Shown one piece after another: positions 7,834 through 16,966 of a DNA stretch of 46,977 bases. This DNA comes from an uncultured Dehalococcoidales bacterium (GTDB lineage: Bacteria > Chloroflexota > Dehalococcoidia > Dehalococcoidales > BS750m-G39). Within the stretch, counting starts at the first letter, position 1, and the number at the start of each line of letters is the position of its first letter. The position numbers were made by a program, and so were the translations under genes. The stretch covers positions 1 through 46,977 of the forward strand of contig CAYWCO010000001.1 of the NCBI GenBank assembly GCA_964456815.1. The letters are read 5' to 3'. The notes below the pieces were generated by a model. The model did no database searches. It was not told the origin of the DNA and saw only the letters and a list, made by a program, of their open reading frames with translations.

Positions 7834-7875
7834 GCCAATGCCAACCAGTACAGAAACGGCAAGCGGAACTATGTC
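7762..7875 (-). pseudogene. Relic of the last TM helix and C-terminus of a MacB/FtsX-type permease
   Basis: DIVPLAVSVLVGIGLFLGFYPACNTSRLNLTAVLRSE* matches the intact permease C-terminus (39437..40738) [37 protein letters not shown] at 25/37 residues. No homologous sequence lies upstream of it. Confidence 0.65.
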
Positions 7876-9148
7876 AGGGTCCGGTGACGAAGGAAAGAGG
7901 CGTTTCTCACCGCAGCCAGCGGGTCTCCTGTTGGGCAAGTTTGGCTTACTCATCCTGCTGGCAGGCTTTCTGCTGGCGGCGTGGTACGGTCAGACAGTCA
8001 TTGTTGTCCTGCTTGGTCTGGCGCTAACGGCTGCTGGCTTGGCTAAGCTGTGGAGCCGGTTTTCGCTGGTGGGCGTAAGCTGTGAGCGCCTGTTGAGTCA
8101 GCAGCGTGTCTTCCCCGGCGAACACATTGAGTTAAGGCTGCAGCTCATCAACCGAAAGCTCCTGCCGCTTCCCTGGTTCCAAATGGATGACGAGATACCA
8201 CTCAAAATGTCCTCAGATATTCCACTTGCAGCAAATAATAGACCCGGATTCGGTTTCCTGAGCAAATCGGCGGCACTGCTCTGGTACACAAAGGTAAGCT
8301 GGAAAGAGCGCCTCTGTTGCCATAGGCGCGGCTATTACCAGTTGGGGCCGATAACGGTGACTGCCGGTGATATCTTCGGCTTTTATCCCCGCTCCATCAC
8401 CGAACCACTGATAGACCATGTTATTGTTTATCCAAAAATCTTTCCCATCACGCATCTGGGCATACCATCGTTGTATCCCATCGGCGAAACGACTGCTGAG
8501 CGGCGCATTTTTGAGGACCCCATCCGCGTCATCGGGGTACGCGACTACATTCCCCGTGACAGCCGCCGACATATTCACTGGAAGGCAACCGCCCGGCGCC
8601 AAGAACTACAGGTAAAGGTCTTTGAGCCCACCACAACGTTGAAGGTGGCAATTTTTCTAGCCGTTGATAGCTTCAGGGCAAGGCATGGCGAGGTCTATAC
8701 CGAGGAAGATTTCGAGCTAGGTATCAGTACTGCTGCCTCCATCGCCAGCTATCTTACTGAGCACCGCAGCGCGGTAGGATTGTTTGCCAACTCGTGTCTG
8801 GCTGATTCCGGTCAGCCAGCTACGCTGTTACCCGCTAGCGGCACCAGTCACCTGGTTGAGATTCTGGAAGCCCTCGCCAAGGTTACCCCCTCATCCAGCA
8901 GTCCCTTTGAGAAGTTCCTGCAAGCTGAGCGGACGGCCTTACCCTGGGGAACCACCCTTGTTTTCATACTCTGCAAGCCTTCGGAGTTACTAACGGAGCT
9001 ACTGCTCAGCCTGAAAGAGAGCGGACACAGGATGCTCGTTCTCCAGGTTGGTGATGCAGAGGAAAGTGAACCTCCGGGCACAATTGCCTGGCACCGAATC
9101 AGGCAGCCTGGAGATTTTACGATAGCAGGCACTGGGGGAACAAGATGA
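7838..9148 (+). CDS. DUF58-domain protein (MoxR-associated, vWA-like)
   Basis: Hallmark GVRDYIPRDSRRHIHWKATARR motif and two N-terminal TM helices. The first ~12 codons overlap the relic, so the start may be the M at 7871. Confidence 0.8.
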   Translation: MPTSTETASGTMSGSGDEGKRRFSPQPAGLLLGKFGLLILLAGFLLAAWYGQTVIVVLLGLALTAAGLAKLWSRFSLVGVSCERLLSQQRVFPGEHIELRLQLINRKLLPLPWFQMDDEIPLKMSSDIPLAANNRPGFGFLSKSAALLWYTKVSWKERLCCHRRGYYQLGPITVTAGDIFGFYPRSITEPLIDHVIVYPKIFPITHLGIPSLYPIGETTAERRIFEDPIRVIGVRDYIPRDSRRHIHWKATARRQELQVKVFEPTTTLKVAIFLAVDSFRARHGEVYTEEDFELGISTAASIASYLTEHRSAVGLFANSCLADSGQPATLLPASGTSHLVEILEALAKVTPSSSSPFEKFLQAERTALPWGTTLVFILCKPSELLTELLLSLKESGHRMLVLQVGDAEESEPPGTIAWHRIRQPGDFTIAGTGGTR

Positions 9149-10572
9149 AGCTGGACTGGCGACAAGGCATTTTATATGTCGCCACAATAGGCATGGAGGG
9201 CTGCTGGCTGTATGCCCTGCTCGCCCTGCTAAACAGGCAGGCGGCTGATGGTCGCCTCTCCGTCGCAGGAATCATGGCGCTATATCCTGCCGCTTTCATC
9301 ATTAACGCTTTGCTTGCACGGCTGAGGTGGCCCAGAGCCTGCATTCTCATTGTGAGCTGGCTGGGGTGGGTGATGGGCATGCTGCTCATTGTAAAGGTGC
9401 AACTATTCGCTGACCTGCCGCTCCTGGACTCGGCATGGCTCCTGTCAATACCACAATCAATAGCCCAAGTGATATACACCTTCAGACCGGAGCTATTGAT
9501 TCTTCTGAGCACCGGCATTATTTGGTGGCTAAGCTGGCGGCTAGCCTCCCGCGTTGCCAACTTCCCATCAATGGTCAGTGAATTCCAGTTCGGGCTTGTT
9601 ATGCTTGTCTTGGTCTTCTTCGCCGCCTCCCAGTTAAAAGCCGGTCTCAATAACCCCGTTCCCATAGCCCTAAGCTTTTTCCTATTTGCCCTGCTTGGAA
9701 TATCGGTGGCGCATGCCCTGGAAGGCACAAGCTGGCTCTCCGGGCTCTACCAGGGACACTGGTCAGGACTCTTGCTGGTCAGTATCAGCCTGATTCTTCT
9801 TCTGGGTTTACTTGTCAGCGCGGTGGTAACACCTGACCTACTCCAGGTAATCTGGGGAGGTATCAAATGGGCTTGGGGGCTAATCTGGGGACTAATTATG
9901 AAAGTGCTTCTCTTTTTCGCCAGCCTTTTCCCTGAGCCAGAACCAGGTGAACTACCGTCTATGCCGTCTATGCCAGCAGCGGAACCTTCCGAGGAGTTTC
10001 AGCTGTGGACTATGCCGGAGTGGCTGCGGGGCGGTCTCCGCCTTAGCTGGAGCATCCTGGTGCTGGGACTTATTCTCCTCGCCCTGTGGCGTATCTCCTC
10101 TGGCATATTTCGCTGGATGCGCCGCAAGCTGTCCAGCATGGTAGGTGCCGAGTTTGAGCCAATGCCAGGCGCATTCAAAGCTGATTTTCTGAGCCTCTTA
10201 AAGCGCGCTCTTCTCAGATTGCTCAGACTGAAGCTGCCCTTCCGGTTAAGAGGGAAACAGGAGATATTGCCACCTGAGGTAGCCTCTGTACGCCAGACCT
10301 ACCGCCAGCTTCTGCGCTGGGCAGCCGCCGGTGGCTATCCCCGGCAGCTCTCGCAGACTCCGCACGAGTACTGCTACACTCTGACAGGCCTTCTGCCAGA
10401 AGCCAGTAAAGATCTAAATTTCGTTACGCAACAATATGTCAGGGCACGCTATGGAGCTTTGCTATCGGCGGGAGACGAACTAGACGAGCTGAGCCAGGCG
10501 TGGCACAGAGTCAAGCAAACCCGCCTGAAGAGAACAGCTACTGAGCTTGCTCATGATAAGGAGGTAAGTTAA
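9145..10572 (+). CDS. Polytopic membrane protein with a C-terminal DUF4129-like domain
   Basis: About 7 TM segments, then SQTPHEYCYTLTGLLPEASKDLNFVTQQYVRARYG. ATGA start/stop overlap with the DUF58 gene. I saw no transglutaminase Cys-His-Asp core. Confidence 0.7.
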   Translation: MKLDWRQGILYVATIGMEGCWLYALLALLNRQAADGRLSVAGIMALYPAAFIINALLARLRWPRACILIVSWLGWVMGMLLIVKVQLFADLPLLDSAWLLSIPQSIAQVIYTFRPELLILLSTGIIWWLSWRLASRVANFPSMVSEFQFGLVMLVLVFFAASQLKAGLNNPVPIALSFFLFALLGISVAHALEGTSWLSGLYQGHWSGLLLVSISLILLLGLLVSAVVTPDLLQVIWGGIKWAWGLIWGLIMKVLLFFASLFPEPEPGELPSMPSMPAAEPSEEFQLWTMPEWLRGGLRLSWSILVLGLILLALWRISSGIFRWMRRKLSSMVGAEFEPMPGAFKADFLSLLKRALLRLLRLKLPFRLRGKQEILPPEVASVRQTYRQLLRWAAAGGYPRQLSQTPHEYCYTLTGLLPEASKDLNFVTQQYVRARYGALLSAGDELDELSQAWHRVKQTRLKRTATELAHDKEVS

Positions 10573-10573
10573 A

Positions 10574-11554
10574 GTGAAAAAAGCAACGTCAGAAACCAGC
10601 CCGGATATATCGCGCATAAAGCAGGCAGCCGATAAATTAGTAAATAATGTCACCAAGGTAATTGTCGGTAAGAAAGAGACCATTGAACTGGTCTTGGTAG
10701 CCCTGCTGTGCGAGGGGCATGTATTAATTGAAGACATGCCCGGCATCGGGAAAACAATGCTGGCTAAAGCGGTAGCTAAATCGCTGGGCTGCAGTTTCAA
10801 AAGAATACAAGCAACCCCGGACCTGCTTCCATCAGATGTAACGGGCATCCACTATTTCAACCAGAAGACCTCAGAATTTGAATTTCGGCCGGGCCCGATT
10901 ATGGCTAACATAGTGCTGGTCGATGAAATAAATCGAGCTACTCCGAGAACGCAGTCGTGCTTGCTGGAGTGCATGCAGGAGCAGCAGGTCACGGTTGACT
11001 TAGAGACAATACCTTTGCCCCGTCCATTCCTGATTATTGCTACACAGAATCCTGTTGAGTTGGAGGGTACTTTCCCATTGCCCGAGGCACAGCTGGACCG
11101 CTTTTTGCTTAGGGTTGGGCTGGGCTATCCCACCAAGGATGAGGAAGAGGTAATCTTGTCTAGATTCCAACACTCAAATCCCCTGGACAACCTAACCAGC
11201 GTAATTAAGGCAGCTGAACTGCTGGAGCTTCAGAAATTATGCCGTCACGTATACGTCGACGACTCAATTCGTGACTACGTTACTGCCATTACCAGGGCTA
11301 CGCGGTGTCACGAAAACATCAAGCTGGGCGCTAGCCCACGTGCCTCACTGGGCCTCCACCTTGCGTCCCAAGCTCTGGCGGCCATTCAAGGACACGGCTA
11401 CGTGATACCGGATGATGTAAAGTGCCTGACCGTACCTGCCCTAGCCCATCGCCTTATTGCCAAAACAGAGGCGCGATTAAGGGGACAGTCATTGGAGGCT
11501 ATAGTAAGTGAAATAGTGTCTACCGTGCCTGTGCCAGTAGAAGACCAGTCGTAA
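10574..11554 (+). CDS. MoxR-family AAA+ ATPase
   Basis: Walker A MPGIGKT, Walker B VLVDEINRA, an AAA_3-like layout, and GTG after AAGGAGG. Confidence 0.9.
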   Translation: MKKATSETSPDISRIKQAADKLVNNVTKVIVGKKETIELVLVALLCEGHVLIEDMPGIGKTMLAKAVAKSLGCSFKRIQATPDLLPSDVTGIHYFNQKTSEFEFRPGPIMANIVLVDEINRATPRTQSCLLECMQEQQVTVDLETIPLPRPFLIIATQNPVELEGTFPLPEAQLDRFLLRVGLGYPTKDEEEVILSRFQHSNPLDNLTSVIKAAELLELQKLCRHVYVDDSIRDYVTAITRATRCHENIKLGASPRASLGLHLASQALAAIQGHGYVIPDDVKCLTVPALAHRLIAKTEARLRGQSLEAIVSEIVSTVPVPVEDQS

Positions 11555-11638
11555 GGACTACAAGGACACAAATTCTGGCACTGCTACAGACTTCGTGCTA
11601 AAATAATAGCACTAAACTGGAAAGAGGTAGATTGAAAG

Positions 11639-13201
11639 GTGACCATTTCGGAGATGGTATCCCGAAATAGGCGAATGTATCCCGATGATACCGCGCTTAT
11701 TGAACTAAAACCAAGCCAGGGACTGAGAAAAGAAATCACCTGGAAGCAGTTTGACGAAAGGGTAAACCGGCTGGCCAACGCCCTTATCGAGCGGGGGGTT
11801 AAAAAAGGCGACCGGGTTATCCACTGGATGCTCAACTCCACTAGCTGGCTTGAGGCCTATTTCGGCATTATCAGGACGGGGGCATGGGCAGTGCCGCTTA
11901 ACTTCAGGTTTAGCAGCCAGGATTTTAAGTACTGTGCCGATATCGCTGAGGCTAAGGTGATGATTCTTGGCGAGCAGTTTATAGAGAGAGTAGAAGCTGC
12001 CCGTTCCCAACTACCCGCAATTAAGAGCTATATCCTCGTCGGGCAACCTTTGCCCGAATATATGGAGGATTTTGAAAAGGTAATAGACAGCTCTTCCCCC
12101 CAGCCAGTAGAGGTGGATTTGAGCGATGAGGATGAGTGCGGGCTGTACTTCACCTCGGGTACCACCGGGGCGCCCAAGCCGATACTGCTTACCCACAAGA
12201 ACATGGAATGTGCCGCCATAACCGAGAACCGCCACCACTATCAAACCCGTGAGGATAATTTTATTCTTATACCGCCCCTGTACCATACCGGAGCCAAGAT
12301 GCACTGGTTTGGCAGTCTGATTGTAGGCGGGCGCGCTACCCTGCTCACTGAAAGCAGCCCCCAGTATATTTTTGAAGCCATTCATAAAGAGAGAGGGACG
12401 ATAGTATGGCTGCTGGTGCCCTGGGCTCAGGATATTCTGATTGCCCTGGACAAGGGAGAGCTGAAGAAAGAGGACTACGACCTGAGCTGCTGGCGGCTTA
12501 TGCATATGGGGGCGCAACCTATACCGGTCAGCCTGATTAGGCATTGGAAGCAATACTTCCCCGATATGCAGTACGATACCAGCTACGGGCTAAGCGAATC
12601 CACCGGACCAGGATGCGTCAACCTTGGCATACAGAACCAGCATAAGCTGGAAGCTACGGGCAAGCCCGGCTTTAACTGGAAGACCCGTATTGTCAATGAT
12701 AAGGATGAGGATGTTGCTCCAGGAAAGGTCGGCGAGTTGTTAGTCAGGGGTAATGGGGTGATGAAGGAATACTACAAAAACCCGGAGAAGACGGCGGAAA
12801 CCTTAAAGGATGGCTGGCTACATACCGGCGATATGGCTAGAGAGGATGAGGAGGGGTTTATCTACATTGTTGATAGAAAAAAGGATGTGGTCATCACCGG
12901 GGGTGAGAATATCTTTCCTGTAGAGGTAGAAGAAGCCCTGCGGCGAAATTCCAAGATTTATGATGCCGCCGTAATTGGTATCCCCGATGAGAGGCTGGGG
13001 GAGATAGCTCTAGCCGTAATCGACCCCAAGCCGGGGGAGGCACTGACTGAAGAAGAGATAAATCAGTTCTGCGAACAGAATCTGCCTAGGTATAAGAGAC
13101 CAAGGCGCATCGTATTTGATAAGGTGCCACGAAATCCCACCGGCAAGATAGAAAAACCAAAACTAAGGCAAAAACACGCTGCACTTAGGAGGCCAGGTTG
13201 A
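11639..13201 (+). CDS. AMP-forming acyl-CoA synthetase/ligase (substrate unknown)
   Basis: YFTSGTTGAPKP AMP-binding motif, YHTGD and GELLVRG; 520 aa. Confidence 0.9.
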   Translation: MTISEMVSRNRRMYPDDTALIELKPSQGLRKEITWKQFDERVNRLANALIERGVKKGDRVIHWMLNSTSWLEAYFGIIRTGAWAVPLNFRFSSQDFKYCADIAEAKVMILGEQFIERVEAARSQLPAIKSYILVGQPLPEYMEDFEKVIDSSSPQPVEVDLSDEDECGLYFTSGTTGAPKPILLTHKNMECAAITENRHHYQTREDNFILIPPLYHTGAKMHWFGSLIVGGRATLLTESSPQYIFEAIHKERGTIVWLLVPWAQDILIALDKGELKKEDYDLSCWRLMHMGAQPIPVSLIRHWKQYFPDMQYDTSYGLSESTGPGCVNLGIQNQHKLEATGKPGFNWKTRIVNDKDEDVAPGKVGELLVRGNGVMKEYYKNPEKTAETLKDGWLHTGDMAREDEEGFIYIVDRKKDVVITGGENIFPVEVEEALRRNSKIYDAAVIGIPDERLGEIALAVIDPKPGEALTEEEINQFCEQNLPRYKRPRRIVFDKVPRNPTGKIEKPKLRQKHAALRRPG

Positions 13202-15096
13202 AAGAATTAACTGTGAGTTCTGATGCCCCCGGGGAAAGGCTTTTTGTCCTGGGCAATGAGGCGATAGCCAGGGGGGCGATTGAGGCCGGGGTTCAGGTGG
13301 TGGCTGCCTATCCCGGCACCCCATCAAGTGAAATACTGGAAACCCTGGCCGGGGTAGCCAAAGAGCTTGACATGTACGTTGAGTGGTCAACCAATGAGAA
13401 GGTTGCCTTTGAGGTTGCCCTCGCCGCCTCAATCTGTGGTGTAAGAGCCATGGCATCTATGAAACACGTTGGGGTAAATGTAGCCCACGACCCGCTAATG
13501 ACCGCCAGTTATATAGGCGCCAAAGGGGGGCTGGTTCTGGTCTCCGCTGATGACCCGTGGGCGTGGAGCTCCCAGAATGAGCAGGATAACCGTTATATCG
13601 CCCTGCAGGGCTACATACCAGTCCTTGAGCCCTCCTCAGTCCAGGAAGCCAAAGATATGATGGCTGACGCCTTCAAGCTCTCCGAGGAATTCAAGCACCT
13701 TTTCATGCTCCGGCCGGTAACCAGGATAAGCCATGCACGGAGTGATATCGTCCTGGGGGAAATATCACGGGAAAGGAGAAAGGGCTCCTTTAAAAAAGAC
13801 CGCACCTGGTTGGTCTATACCCCGCGCGAGGCCAGAATAAACAAACCTTTGATGCTGGAAAGGTTTGAAAAAATAAAGAAAGCGGTGAATACCCTCCCCT
13901 ATAATCAGCTAAAGCTCGCTGAGGGAGCCAAACTGGGCATCATCGCCTGCGGGTTGTCCTACAGCTATACTTTGGAGGCGGTAAAGTGGCTGGGGATTGA
14001 GGACAGGGTCTCCATACTCAAGATTGGCACCCCCCACCCCCTCCCCGAGGAACTGGTAATAAAATTGCTAAACTCAGTAAAAGAGGCGCTGGTAGTAGAG
14101 GAACTGGACCCCTTTGTTGAGCTACATGTCAAAGCCATCGCCGGGGAGCATAATATCCCGATTAAAATTCACGGTAAGGACTTGGTGCCCCGGATTGGAG
14201 AGCTATCCACCAGAAAGGTCACCGAGGCTATTATCCAGTTAACCGGCTCCAAGCCTCCGGTCGATTTCGCGGCGCTAGATAAGCTGGAGAGAGAAGTAGC
14301 CCCCCTCCTCCCGTGGCGACCACCCGCCCTATGCCCTGGCTGCCCCCACCGTGCCTCCCACTATGCCATCAGGATAGCCTCACGAAGAGTAGCCAGAGAC
14401 CTTGGCCAAGAGGTAGAGCCTATCTACCCGGGTGACATTGGCTGCTATAATCTAGCCTATAACCCACCACAAGAAGCGTCAGATACCACCATCTGTATGG
14501 GAGGCAGCTTCGGCATCGCCAACGGGTTAGCCCATGTGGTTGGCGCACCAATAGTAGCCCACCTGGGCGACTCTACCTTCTTTCATGCCGGGATACCACC
14601 GCTAATAAATGCCGTCTACAATAAGGCAAACATAACCATGGTAATACTTGATAACTCAGCCACGGCTATGACTGGCTTCCAGCCTCATCCTGGCACCGGT
14701 CATACCGCTACCGGAGACGAGACCGTCTTGCTAAAACCAGAGGATATAGCCAGAGCCTGCGGGGTAGAATTCGTCGAGGTCGTCGACCCCTTTGACCTGA
14801 AAACAGCAGCCAAGGCTATAGAAAAAGCAATAAGGTTCCCCGGACCGGCGGTCGTAGTCTCCCGAAGGCTGTGCACCATAATTGACCAGAGGGAGAAGAG
14901 GAAACGGGGGGAGAAGGTTATCCTCTACTCCATAGACCCGGACAAATGCAATATTAAATGTAACGCCTGCATCGAGCTCCTGGGCTGCCCGGCGATAATA
15001 AAACAGGGGGCTAAGACGGTAATTGACAGCTCGCTGTGCACTGGTTGCGGGCTCTGTGCCCAGGTCTGTCCCCATAAAGCTATAATACAGGAGTAA
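13198..15096 (+). CDS. iorA: Indolepyruvate/aryl-pyruvate:ferredoxin oxidoreductase alpha subunit
   Basis: TPP-binding GDSTFFH...NS, a C-terminal 2x[4Fe-4S] domain (CNACIELLGCP, CTGCGLCAQVCP), and a TTG start inside the ligase stop (GTTGA) 6 nt after TAGGAGG. Confidence 0.88.
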   Translation: MKELTVSSDAPGERLFVLGNEAIARGAIEAGVQVVAAYPGTPSSEILETLAGVAKELDMYVEWSTNEKVAFEVALAASICGVRAMASMKHVGVNVAHDPLMTASYIGAKGGLVLVSADDPWAWSSQNEQDNRYIALQGYIPVLEPSSVQEAKDMMADAFKLSEEFKHLFMLRPVTRISHARSDIVLGEISRERRKGSFKKDRTWLVYTPREARINKPLMLERFEKIKKAVNTLPYNQLKLAEGAKLGIIACGLSYSYTLEAVKWLGIEDRVSILKIGTPHPLPEELVIKLLNSVKEALVVEELDPFVELHVKAIAGEHNIPIKIHGKDLVPRIGELSTRKVTEAIIQLTGSKPPVDFAALDKLEREVAPLLPWRPPALCPGCPHRASHYAIRIASRRVARDLGQEVEPIYPGDIGCYNLAYNPPQEASDTTICMGGSFGIANGLAHVVGAPIVAHLGDSTFFHAGIPPLINAVYNKANITMVILDNSATAMTGFQPHPGTGHTATGDETVLLKPEDIARACGVEFVEVVDPFDLKTAAKAIEKAIRFPGPAVVVSRRLCTIIDQREKRKRGEKVILYSIDPDKCNIKCNACIELLGCPAIIKQGAKTVIDSSLCTGCGLCAQVCPHKAIIQE

Positions 15097-15101
15097 AGGG
15101 A

Positions 15102-15713
15102 ATGGTAAAGGAATTCAATATACTAATCACCGGTGTCGGCGGGCAGGGGGTGATTTTGATGTCGGAGCTCCTGGGAAAGGCAGCCGTCGCCGATGGACTG
15201 AGGATTAGAGGCTCTGAGATATTGGGGATGGCAGTCAGGGGCGGCTCGGTAACCAGTATCATCAGAATTGGAGACGAGGTCTATGGCCCCCTCCTCCCGG
15301 CGGGAAAGTGTAACGCCCTGGTCGGCATGGAGCCGGCGGAGGCACTGAGAAATATTGTCTATCTAGCAAAGTCCAGCCTGGTCATAATCAATACGGCGGC
15401 AACTATTCCCTTCACCGTCTCCGTGGGTGAAAGTAAATACCCCAGCCTGGAGGAAATCCTGGGACAGCTGGGCAAAGCCTCAGGCAGGATAATCCAGCTA
15501 GATGCGGCTCAACTGGCTCAAGAAGCGGGAAGCCTGCTGGCCACCAACATTGTGATGCTGGGGGCATTATTCGGCAGCGGGCAACTTCCCATAAAAATAG
15601 CCACCATAAAGGAAGCCATCCAGGCGCGTTTCCCGGCTAAAGTAGCTCCGCTTAATATCAAAACCTTTGACCTGGGCTACCAGACGTGCCGAGAGGCATT
15701 AAGCCCGGCTTAA
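15102..15713 (+). CDS. iorB: Indolepyruvate:ferredoxin oxidoreductase beta subunit
   Basis: POR gamma-like domain (ITGVGGQGV); starts 5 nt after iorA. Confidence 0.85.
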   Translation: MVKEFNILITGVGGQGVILMSELLGKAAVADGLRIRGSEILGMAVRGGSVTSIIRIGDEVYGPLLPAGKCNALVGMEPAEALRNIVYLAKSSLVIINTAATIPFTVSVGESKYPSLEEILGQLGKASGRIIQLDAAQLAQEAGSLLATNIVMLGALFGSGQLPIKIATIKEAIQARFPAKVAPLNIKTFDLGYQTCREALSPA

Positions 15714-16918
15714 GGTATCACCCCTTCATCCTTTAGCTTGGCAATATCCTCCCAGCTATAACCGAGCTCCAGTAAAATCTCCTCAGTATGCTGCCCAAGC
15801 TCGGGGGCTTCCCTTTTCACCGAGGCTGGGGTCTCATGAAATGTCCAGGGAAAGCCCAGCATCCTTATCTTGCCCCACACCGGGTGCTCAACCGGGACAA
15901 TATAATCATTAGCTACGGCTTGAGGGTCTTCAAACACCTCGCTAGCTGACTGAACTGGGGTATAGATTACATTCTCCTTCTTAAAAATCTTAAACCACTG
16001 CGCTCTTGTCTTGGCGGCAAACTTCTTATCCAAGATAGCCACCAGCTCTTTGGCATTATCATGCCTGGCTTCTATAGTGCTGAATTTTGGGTCATGCTCC
16101 AGCTCTTCAATTCCCATCGCCTTGCACACATTAGGCCAGTATCTATCCGGCTGAAGGTGAGCAATGACAATCCATTTATCGTCTTTACACTTATAGTGGT
16201 TATAAATTGGGTTACCGGCTTCAGCCCTGAGCAATCTGGGAAACTCCTGCCCCAAAACCCCGGGAGCAGCAAAGTTGACCCCGTGTAAAGCAATCAGGCT
16301 ACCCATTAATGAAGTATCTACCAGCTGCCCTTTACCGGTCTTCTCCCTGGCATAGAGGGCGGCGGTCACCGCCCAGGCACACATAAGTCCGCCCTGTTCG
16401 TCACCCATTCCTGGTATCAGGGTTCCCGGTGGACCACCCCGCTCCCCAGACATCATCATGGTTCCACTCCTGGCTATCCCAGTATAGTCAAAGGAAAGTT
16501 CATTAGCATCCGGACCCTTTCTCCCCCAACCAGAGGCGTGGGTATAAATAAGCCGCGGGTTTCTCGACATTAGCGCCTCGGGGCCAATGCCCATCTTCTG
16601 CGGGGCATTTATACTCATATTGGTCAGAAAGACGTCAGCGGTATCAATCAGCTTTAAAAATATCTCAATCCCTTTTTCAGTTTTCAAATCCAGAGCGATG
16701 CTTCTCTTATTGCGATTATTGCTTTCAAAGTAGTAGTTTCGACCTTTCAAACCGGTATCGGCACCGACGATTCTCATCATCCCCCGCCCCGGGTCTCCAG
16801 TTGGCGGTTCCACCTTAATTACGTCAGCACCCAAATCGCCCAGTCTCATGCCAGCAACCGGTCCTTGCTGAAACATGGATATTTCCACCACTTTAACCCC
16901 ATCTAAAGGTCCAGCCAT
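15710..16918 (-). CDS. Family III CoA-transferase (CaiB/BaiF/Frc/FldA family)
   Basis: N-terminal GVKVVEISMFQQGPVAGMRLGDLGADVIKVEPP signature; 402 aa. Confidence 0.9.
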   Translation of the reverse strand: MAGPLDGVKVVEISMFQQGPVAGMRLGDLGADVIKVEPPTGDPGRGMMRIVGADTGLKGRNYYFESNNRNKRSIALDLKTEKGIEIFLKLIDTADVFLTNMSINAPQKMGIGPEALMSRNPRLIYTHASGWGRKGPDANELSFDYTGIARSGTMMMSGERGGPPGTLIPGMGDEQGGLMCAWAVTAALYAREKTGKGQLVDTSLMGSLIALHGVNFAAPGVLGQEFPRLLRAEAGNPIYNHYKCKDDKWIVIAHLQPDRYWPNVCKAMGIEELEHDPKFSTIEARHDNAKELVAILDKKFAAKTRAQWFKIFKKENVIYTPVQSASEVFEDPQAVANDYIVPVEHPVWGKIRMLGFPWTFHETPASVKREAPELGQHTEEILLELGYSWEDIAKLKDEGVIP

Positions 16919-16966
16919 CTCTTTGCCCCTTTTGCCAACATTAAGCAGAGCCGCAGGTTCGTATTT

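Noticed and set aside
9117-9728. 203-aa minus-strand ORF. The same reasoning applies to 8213..8602, 12011..12553, 22873..23313 and 46056..46550.
   Set aside because: These are long antisense frames inside GC-rich genes with clear family signatures on the other strand. None has an RBS or a recognisable motif.
9955-9972. Perfect 9-bp tandem repeat CCGTCTATG x2 (SMPSMP) in the DUF4129 gene.
   Set aside because: It is in frame and lies in a Pro/Glu-rich linker. It is most simply a trivial slippage duplication.
15710-15713. Convergent genes with overlapping stop codons (iorB with the CoA-transferase here; recJ with lgt at 45341..45348).
   Set aside because: This reflects genome compaction. I found no extra signal there, although the absence of terminators is worth remembering when interpreting operons.
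15978-15993. TTCTTAA-aa-ATCTTAA, which resembles the regulator box.
   Set aside because: The periodicity is 9 bp rather than 11. It lies inside the CoA-transferase coding sequence and has no -10 at the right distance.
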